A stretch of DNA of 59,447 bases, counting the filler, from Sphacelaria rigidula (lineage: Eukaryota): NCBI GenBank assembly GCA_964200075.2. It is 7 parts of 7 records of this genome, joined end to end, with 100 filler letters (N's around TTAATTAATTAA, not from the genome) between each part and the next. Parts side by side here need not be neighbours in the genome. Positions count along the whole stretch, not along the records: positions 51,042 to 59,447 come from CAXNAA020011252.1; 6 more parts are not named here. The stretch is one strand, 5' to 3'. Within the stretch, counting starts at the first letter, position 1, and every line of letters begins with the position of its first letter. A program made the position numbers and the translations under genes. This document shows positions 51,174 through 59,447 of the stretch, one piece after another. The notes under the pieces were generated by a model. The model did no database searches, was not told where the DNA came from, and saw only the letters and a list, made by a program, of their open reading frames with translations.

Positions 51174-51863
51174 GGTGAATGTGGAGGGTACAAGACGAAA
51201 GTAAGAGACGTGGTAAAAAGAAGGGGGGGAAAAGCACTAATGCGGAAAGTAGACGAGAAAGTGAAGATATACGGGGGTCGAGAGAGGGGATAGGGATGAA
51301 AACATATCTGCATGGCCTAATGGATACCGCGAAAAGATTGAAAGTGTGATTTCGGGTGGGAGACTTGGATCTTTCAGAAAGAAAAAAATATACCAGTAGT
51401 AGTCGAGATGAGGAGGAAGTAGATGCAGAGAACTGCCCCTGTGGCAAAGCAGCAGAGTAGAACTCATACAGTGGAGTGGCAGCATGTGAATTATACAAGG
51501 AGGAATGGGACGTGCTGGAGAGGGAAATGCAGAAAGTAAACGGAGTTGGCAGGAAATCGTTTGATACATGAGACAATAGGGAGAGAATAGCTAGGATATA
51601 GATGGTGGCCACAGGCGGCGAGTCAGGAAAGGGGGCGAGATACGTAAAAAGTTTCTGTGTGATGTACAATAGAAACGCACTGAGCGCCCAAATGTTGGGG
51701 GTGTCTATATTGGGAGTAGGGACGGTGCTCCGTCTCGCAAGGAATGCGTGGTCAATGGTCAAACGACTTAGGCAAGCAGCAAATGAGTAGCCCCCCTCCC
51801 CCCCCCCCCCCCCCCCCCCCCCCCCGCCCCCCCCCCCCCCCCCCCCACCCCCCCCCCACCCAC
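51174..51863 (+). mobile_element. 5'-truncated non-LTR retrotransposon (LINE) ORF2 C-terminus with a poly(C) 3' run
   Basis: Decayed reading GMKTYLHGLMDTAKRLK*FRVGDLDL…EEEVDAENCPCGKAAE…TH…CELYKEE (CxC…H…C zinc finger)…RWWPQ…RPNVGGVS…GAPSRKECVVNGQ; ends ATGAGTA then a C run. Confidence 0.75.
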
Positions 51864-51949
51864 NNNNNNNNNNGTGTGGGGGAGTGGCGCCGCCCGCGCC
51901 GGTAAGGTGGTGCCATTTGCCAACCGCCAAACCCACCGGCCAATGAATC

Positions 51950-51982
<33 letters not shown>

Positions 51983-53460
51983 CGCACGCCGCTCTTGCAA
52001 GATCAAATGTGACATAATGCGACTGGCTCGAAAGCCATGTCAACACACCAAGATAATGGATCCGGCAGGTGATCTGCGGTGCGCCGGCGTCAGAAGCTGG
52101 GGGATTTGCTGTCGGTCATGGAGTATTACATTCCTAGGAGATGAGCTTTTCGAGCTCGGTTGTCTGGAGAGGCAAGAATTTTCTCTCCTCCCGAGATATC
52201 TTGTTCAGTAAAGTGACTTTTTGGGGCGTGATCGCCGCAGCGCTCGATGAGACCGATGTAGGGTTATATATGTCGCGGGCGGGGTGTTATTCACCGTGCT
52301 ACACCAACATGAACAAGACCTTGAGTTCGAGATACGAGAACTGACGGTATCGTGAGACTTTGCGATGAGCAAAGGCGAAAAGACTTGGTGTATACATCCA
52401 GCATACTGTACGGGCACGGGGGACGGAAGGTCAAGCCCGAGGCGCGTTCGAGCTTAATTCATGCTGCCGTTCTCAGCTAGAGACGTGCTGTCCACGAAGG
52501 GCGGCAAACATACTGTGAGCCGGACAACGGTGTTGGGCGGTACTCGAAGAGCATTTTGAATCGATCCATCACTTTTGTCGAATACATGCCGTGAGGGCAA
52601 ATGTACTTTCCTTTGATTCGTCAGTCTGTTGCCTTCATCATGTCGTATTGATTCGGCGTCAAGTTCAGGCTGGTCACATCCTTGTTTGCCATTCGCGGCC
52701 GTTGCAGTGGTTTCGCATATCGTATGCCTGGCTGTGTCGAGGTCCTGTCTGAATGATAAAACACCGCGATCTACTCGTACTTTGGAAAAAGCGTATCTTC
52801 ATTTTCCGCGACTGGTCGATGCATCGAACGATCGATATTCCGATCTTACATCAAGATCTCGAGATCCCCCAAACATCTCCGAACAAATAATTGCATGATC
52901 CACCATGTTTTGCTTGCCGTGTGGTGCTGTGTGAGCTGTGGACGTGTCAGTGTCATGTCAGCGGGGGTCCGCAGTCATGTGGCCATAGTGATCATAACGT
53001 CAGCGATGAAGTATAGTGCCTTCTGGTCTCAAGGCAAGACATTTTGAAGAAGACAAAATTTCCCGCTGCGTCGTGAATGACGACAACGGACGCGATACTT
53101 TGGAGTACAAGGTACAGTAGGATAAAAACGTAAGCAGCGCTGCCGCTCACACTTCACTTTCTTTTTTTCTTGATCCCAAAGCAACCTTTGCCCGCCACAA
53201 CAAGCGCTACGCGAGGTTTTACTGCAACATCCCAGGCGTATTTTTCCACCACCACTACTGCTGCACGAAATAGTCTTGCCCAACAGCTCGTATCAGACAA
53301 GCGGCGGTACTCATCTCTCTTCCGGCGCTGCAGCCATCAACCACTCAATGCAGCATGCGGCTATGTGGAGCAATCAGCAAATTACTGGTGTTCGGCGTTT
53401 TTTTTTCTCTGGGACTTGGAACGCAAGAACAAGTTGAGCCCATCCTTGTTTACACCAAGG

Positions 53461-53544
53461 TGATATCCGAATGTGGTGACCTCCCTGACGTGATCGGCGA
53501 TACGGTGAAGGTGGTAGGCCCGATCATCTGCCCGAAGAAAACGG
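53461..53544 (+). CDS. Isolated candidate exon (VISECGDLPDVIGDTVKVVGPIICPKKT)
   Basis: CCAAG|GTG…ACG|GTAAGC; Cys-spaced, extracellular-looking peptide; partner exons not identified. Confidence 0.35.
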
Positions 53545-53914
53545 TAAGCTTCGCACACTCGATGCTGGGTGTTCGGTGTGGGTTTCAATAATATATTCAC
53601 CCGCCTGCGATCGGGAGAGTTTTACTTCATGGGGACACAAGAAAAACGTCGTACGTATTAGAGGCTCTGTTTTGCATTCCGCTGTGATGGGGTCATTGCT
53701 AGTTCACGGACTGTACTGCTCCTGCTTCCTGCCGGTGCTTGAGCTCGGCGAGAGCTTTCACCTTGTTTGGTTCGGCTATTGATGTTTCGTCGTTGGACAG
53801 TGCCTGCCTTCGCGTTCGCGCGGAAGCGGAGATCGCCATCAGTCAGACTACCAGGCTTAGATCACCACGCCAACAATGCAACCGGGATCGTGTTTTTGTC
53901 GTTTTTGTGTAGTG

Positions 53915-54125
53915 TGTAATGCGTGAGAGGACCGCGTACTTAGAGGACTGCGCCGTAGTTCAAAATACATCAGGATTGATTTTTTTCAAAACCAATCGGG
54001 CCAGTCCCTGCCGGTACCACGCCCCCGACCATAACCCTAACACTAACCCTGACCCTAACCCTAACCATGGGGATGTTCGAATTCCGATGCGGTCCTCTAA
54101 GTACGCGGTCCTCTCACGCATTACA
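53915..54125 (+). mobile_element. Family T copy, best preserved
   Basis: Perfect TIR TGTAATGCGTGAGAGGACCGCGTACTTAGAGGAC; internal ccataaccctaacactaaccctgaccctaaccctaacc; 6-bp flanking duplication GTAGTG. Confidence 0.92.
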
Positions 54126-55532
54126 GTAGTGTCAACTGTCAACATACAGTATCTTCTCTGTTCTGCTTCATCCCGAGAGCGCTGTAAGTTGGTATTCGAT
54201 GTGCGACTTGAGAATGCTGTCAAGCGAGCCATATACACAGGGTGTTGGTTGTGCTACAGTAGAAGATATGCATGGGCGCGTCACTGCTTCATCGCCCACA
54301 GGTAGAGTCGTTCTGCTGCATCCCGCCCGAACAAGAAAGAAGGCGCGAGAAAGACAACGTACTGTCCGCAACATCACCTGATTTTCAAGATTCCGCGAAG
54401 TACACAACAATTGATACTCTCACATGTGTTTTGTTGAGCCGTGCTGTAGCCAGCCCAGCAGCAATTACCACACCCTACACAACATCAGCTGTGTCGGGTC
54501 AGACAGTACAGCATATAACACAGTACAGTACAGTACATTTGTGCTATTCTACAAGGATTTATCCGTCGTGTTCACCCAATCCTCTCGTTGACAACATCTT
54601 GCGTGGCCGCCCCATCAACAGGGATGGGACACTCGCGTCACAGCCATCATCATCACACATGACCCACACCCAGAAAGATATCTCAAGCTCTGGCAGTTGG
54701 GTTCCCGGCATGTTTGACAGCAAGCAACTACAATTGTGAAACATACCGGGAACCTCGAGTTTTTTAAGGTACCTCTCATGTTGAGAACATATCCAAGTTG
54801 CCCAATGTGAGATTTCCCCCCCAGGAGCTTGCGCACAGTCCAGGAGGCCAGTCATCCGTATTTTTTCTCGTCCTTCTGTGCGAGTGGACCGTCCGCCGGT
54901 TCGGTTGGATGTTTTTTTTTTGTCGTTTCCGCGGTCGCGGGCGCGCTTCTTTATACAGTAGTAGTAGGCTTCGCAAATTCGGGAGTTGGGGCATCGCCAC
55001 GGTCGCGTCAACCAGTTTGCGGCTGGCATTACACAACTCTACGTATGCAACATATCAGTCTTTCTGAGCCACTACCACGGGGGTTCATGCTGTTCTGTAC
55101 CGTCGGTCGTCGCACGAGTAGTTTATTGAGATGCATGATGGAGCGGCCAACCACGCGGGGCCTTGAGTACAAAAACAGACTGTAGGGAGTGTGGGGCATT
55201 TCAACGTGCAAGAGAACCAACCGGCCAGGGTCGATGGCGCTTTTCTACTCTTTCGCATACGATTCGGGTACCACACTGAGATCGTGGATGAGCAGTGTTT
55301 CGTTGGCGGTGACCAAGCGCATGTCATTGCGTGATATGTGTAGCTGTCTCGGAAGGTGCCTGAAAGGTATGCGCTCGCGCCTATGAAGCACCTCTGTCTA
55401 GTAATATTCGTTTCCTGCGTCGTGTAGGGTGGCATAAAATAGCGAATAAGACATAGAGTAGTACTAGTATCGGAAGCTTTCTTCCTCCAAGCCACTCGTG
55501 GCCACACCGTCGCCCGTATTTTCTGAGAAAAA

Positions 55533-55535
<3 letters not shown>

Positions 55536-55582
<47 letters not shown>
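55536..55582. repeat. (CT)n microsatellite
   Basis: Direct observation. Confidence 0.97.
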
Positions 55583-55584
<2 letters not shown>

Positions 55585-56534
55585 CCTCAGTCTTTTGACA
55601 GCGCACGTTGTGCTATCTTCTTTCTCGAAATGAAACATTGAAACATTGCAGTGTCAAACCGTGTCACCACGGGCTGGGAGGAAGGTGTTATACCCCGTCA
55701 TCTCACTTATGTAGACCCCGTGCTCGTAGTGTTTGTGCGCGGTTCGATAGGATCGGCGGGAGTGTGCTTTTCACGGCTTCGATCGAGACACACTGCCTCT
55801 ACTCGACTGAAAACGTATGTCCTTTGTCCAAAGCTATCAGAAGTGCGAGTATCATACACTATGCTCGTCGGGCAGAAATATTCGGTTTGAAGGGATGGGG
55901 ATCGCTGTAAATATTGAACCACAAACATGACAGCTTTACGCCCGATCAGTGTCACGTTCTTCACCACTACTCCAAAACAAGACGCAGCGAGAAGTGCACA
56001 GAACACAAAATAGTGATGGTGTTGGTATCAATATGTAGTATGTCTCTAAATCTATGTCCTCAACGAGTTTTAGCTCTTCTATTCCCCCCAACACAGCGCA
56101 CAAACCAGCGACGAATACGACTCCCGAAGCACCCCAGATAGATCCGGGAACTTTCGTACCAGCCAAATGTCATTTTCCATTATGCCCATCGATCTATCCA
56201 TCGAAGATTGTACCGACCACTGACTGAATGAATGTCAGCAAACGAATAGCTCTGCGGGACGGTACACCTAGCTACTGGCGATCGTTCAAGACCAAGATTT
56301 TCCCCACCAACTCTCGGGAAAGTGCAATATTTGCAGAATATGATCCTTACTTTTTCATCTCGATGTTTTCATCTGCAGCAAGGGTCCGGTTAATGATGAG
56401 TATTTTTCAACCTCGATATTTTCATCTTCATCATACACTCGGTCGTTACTATTAACAGGATTATTTTTTCAGTTTTTTCCGACTTTTTCTGTTAAAAAAA
56501 AAAAAAACGGTAACTGTGACAGCAGATGTCTCAA

Positions 56535-57018
56535 CTGAGACCGACTCTAATGAGAGCATTTCAGTTTTTTTGTTCAAACCTCCCTTTTGCCTTCTCCGTC
56601 GTTTTACGCCTGAAAAGAGGGTCGCTAGGCGGATGTTGACGCCTTGGAGTGACTTGCTCTTCTACTCATTGAGGCCGCTCCAGAGCAACTTTACTTTTCC
56701 CGCTGGCCGCACTTTCATTTTGGGCCAAAACACGGGGTTTGAACAAAAAACGCCCAAGCGACAAAAAAACAGGGGGAAAGTTTGATCATCTGATCGTTTT
56801 TTACTGAAAATCCATGTTTGGCCTCATTTGGCCAAAAACAAAAGCGCGGCCGGCGAGAAATGCAAAATTGCCCTAGAACGGTCTCAACGAGTAGAGCAAG
56901 TCTTTCCGAGGCGTCAACGTCCGTCTAGCCCTCTTTTCAGGCGTAAAACGACGGAGAAGAGTCCACAAGGCAGTTTTCGACGAGATTTTTTAACGGCTCC
57001 CATTAGAGTCGGCCTAAG
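56535..57018. repeat. Fold-back element family X (~200-bp inverted arms)
   Basis: ccgactctaatg/cattagagtcgg; ctccgtcgttttacgcctgaaaagaggg/ccctcttttcaggcgtaaaacgacggag. Confidence 0.88.
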
Positions 57019-57289
57019 TCAAGGAATAAAACAATAACTCAAGACCGAACGAACATATATTATTATCTCCGGAAACCTAGCGCTTGATTTTTTTCAGTTT
57101 ATTTTTTTGACAAGTCTGCAATGTATGTACGTATACATTCTCCCCCTTGTCCAGAAACCCATCCCAACCCATCCACATCCCAAGCCATCGAAACTTTTGT
57201 TTAACCCTTGAGCCTGCTTCTAGTGGCAGAAAAAAATGAAATAGGGAAAAGTGTCTTTGCGAGCTTTTAGTCTGTTTTACTCCCTAAGG

Positions 57290-58150
57290 CTACTTGTCAT
57301 GTATAAAAAAATAAAACTTGCTGAAAAGTTCGTTTTCGACCCTTTTCCGTCGTTTTTGCACCGAAAAGCGGGCTCGGCGAATAATGAATCCTTGGAATGA
57401 CTTACTCAACTCGCTGAGACCGTTCCAGAGCACCTTTGCGTTTCCGGAGCTCACAGTTTTATTTTTGGACAAATCTGCATCTTCATTAACAAGCGGACAA
57501 GTTACAAAGAACAGGGGGCAAACTGCATTTCGAAATTGAGGATGGACCTTTCCATTGGGGACGATAACTCAGAAAATTAAAGTATTCGCATCCACACCAA
57601 TTCTTCGACACATGGTTCCATTTCTTCACCTGCTGGAAGCTCTTGACAACTACAACACGCCACCAAAAGTTGAATTCCGATGGCCGAAATTCGGGTGTCC
57701 TGGGTGAAGAAGAGGATGCGCTGAGAAACTAAGTGATCCGGCCGGACCACCTAAATTCCCAAGAACTGTTTCTTCACCTGGGACCCTTAAATTTCGATCA
57801 TCCGAATACAATGCTTTGTGGCGTGTAGAAGTTGTCAATAGCTACCAGAAGATGAAGGAATGGAGCCGCATTTCGAAGAATTGGCGCGGATGCGAAGATT
57901 TTATTATCCCGGTTTATCATCCCCAATAAAGAGTTCCATTCTCAATTTCGATGATCGGCTGTTCTTGGCCAAAGACAAGACTGTGACGTCCAGAAAACGC
58001 AAAGGTGCTCTGGACCGGTCTCAACGAGTAGAGCAAGTCATTCCAAGGTGTGAACATCCGCCTAACCCCCCATCCGGGCGGAAAACGACGGAGAAGGGCC
58101 AAGAAGGTATTTTTCAACAAGATTTGCTTGAAATACATGATAAGTGGCTT
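57290..58150. mobile_element. Composite ~860-bp palindrome: X arms outside, Y arms, palindromic core 57634-57847
   Basis: 57292-57470 inverted to 57962-58146; 57531-57622 inverted to 57859-57950; core homologous to 30661-30877. Confidence 0.8.
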
Positions 58151-58329
58151 AAAGGAGAGCTGGGGGGGTCTCGAGATCTTGGAATACCCTGCTGTTCTCG
58201 CACACCTGTGCGTTTTCCCGGTCGTTGCAGTTTTTTTCTCGGTCAACCTCGCATTTTTCTCGGCCATCGTGGGACGAGACGTGTCTGCACACAACCTCCT
58301 TGTCATTGCCAGGCGGGTGATGTGACGTC

Positions 58330-58605
58330 ATGACCACATGGTCGTCATCAGAGACGCCGTGTCCGAGTATGACCACAAGGTCGTATTCGGACGCAATGTG
58401 TCGTGCGATAACCACAGGGTCACCGTCGGACCATACGTGTCTGTACGTCACCGTGTCATCATACAAAGACGCGCCGTGTCGTGGCATGACTAAATGGTCA
58501 TCGCCAGACACGTCACGCCTCCGCATGGCGGTGTGGTCATCTGTGGACACATGGTGTCATCTCACGACCACGTCGTGATCGAGAGGCATGACATGTCGGG
58601 ACATG
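58330..58605. repeat. Degenerate 39-bp minisatellite (~7 units) between inverted repeats 58201-58237 and 58659-58693
   Basis: Units begin atgaccac…ggtc at 39-nt spacing; flanks acctgtgcgttttcccggtcgttgcagttttt / aaaaactgcgacgaccgggaaaacgtacaggt. Confidence 0.75.
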
Positions 58606-59029
58606 CGCAGTCAAGTCTCCGAGGTTTGTCTGGGCCCGACCGGTCTCCAAGAAAAATGAAAAACTGCGACGACCGGGAAAACGTACAGGTGCGTTGGAAC
58701 CGTCTCAACGAGTACAGCAAGGCATTCCAAGGCGTCAAAATCCGCCTAGCTCCCTCTACCTTGGGCGCAAACCGACGTAGTAGAAGCTCCACAAAGGCAG
58801 TTTTCCAGATTTTTATTTTTTGTCTGCTATGAGAAGCGGCCGAAGAACTCATGCGCACGGCACCGAAAAAACAGCGAACAAGAAACTCAAATTATTGATA
58901 TAATAGTTAGCAACTTTACTGAAAAAGTAAGGAAACGTCTGGAAAAAGGATATTGATTGACTTTGTTCAGACTTCGCCGACGTTTTCGGGGAAATATCCG
59001 ACTTCTAACGCTGTGTCTTAGCACATCAC

Positions 59030-59170
59030 TTTTCATCGAAAAAGCGTGGTGGAATACAGAACCCCGATCTGATGGGTCGGGATTTCAACCATTTTCAAAT
59101 TACCGACGATATTTGAAATTACGACCTATCAGATCGGGTTTTGTTTTCCGCCGCACAACTTCGATCGAAA
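59030..59170. repeat. Short imperfect palindrome
   Basis: cccgatctgatgggtcg / cgacctatcagatcggg with extending imperfect arms. Confidence 0.7.
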
Positions 59171-59447
59171 ACTGATGTGATAAGGCCGGATGTCATGACA
59201 AACAGATTTTTGGCCCACGGAATGTTCACTTGTGGGACGTTTGACCCACTTTTTGATCCCTCAACAGGGAAAATCGCCGACACACGTCTCGAACACTTTG
59301 CATCCCCCCACAGAGAGTAACGTAGCCTACTTTTCAGATTCGCTTGGCTCCGAGGTTTGAGATTGGCCGCTGAACAATAATCCGTATGCAATAATCTGTG
59401 CTTGCCAACATACAGCAGTTTGCCCAGTAATCTGTGGAGATCGCCGT

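Noticed and set aside
51094..51987. 297-aa Gly-rich minus-strand ORF
   Set aside because: Antisense of the LINE fragment plus poly(C) runs, microsatellite and an N gap
58330..58605. CRISPR-like array
   Set aside because: No invariant repeat with unique spacers, no cas genes, and a eukaryotic context

Overview
This is eukaryotic, intron-rich and repeat-rich DNA, most consistent with a brown alga (Phaeophyceae), inferred from short GT-AG exons, long TE-filled introns and the repeat types. It is not one locus. Six identical 100-nt linkers (N44-TTAATTAATTAA-N44) join seven pieces of 8408, 8407, 8407, 8407, 8406, 8406 and 8406 nt, i.e. unplaced contigs concatenated by size. Contig 1: exons of a ZNFX1-like SF1 RNA helicase with a TRIM-type mini LTR element upstream. 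Contig 2: six spliceable exons of a CEP70-like centrosomal protein. Contig 3: an internally deleted chromodomain Ty3/Gypsy element nested in the chromodomain of a related, oppositely oriented element. Contig 4: a gene built from a repeated Cys-bounded ~100-aa module encoded by a linker/A/B exon cassette. Contig 5: exons of an OSCA/TMEM63(CSC1)-like channel. Contigs 6-7: mostly repeats, hairpins and uncertain exons. Dispersed repeat families include a TIR element carrying telomere-like CCCTAA repeats, a GAG..CTC (Sola-like) MITE, a hAT-like MITE, nested fold-back elements and a LINE whose 3' ends run into poly(C). No CRISPR array, rRNA or intact tRNA was found. Family assignments come from motif recognition only; no database search was run.
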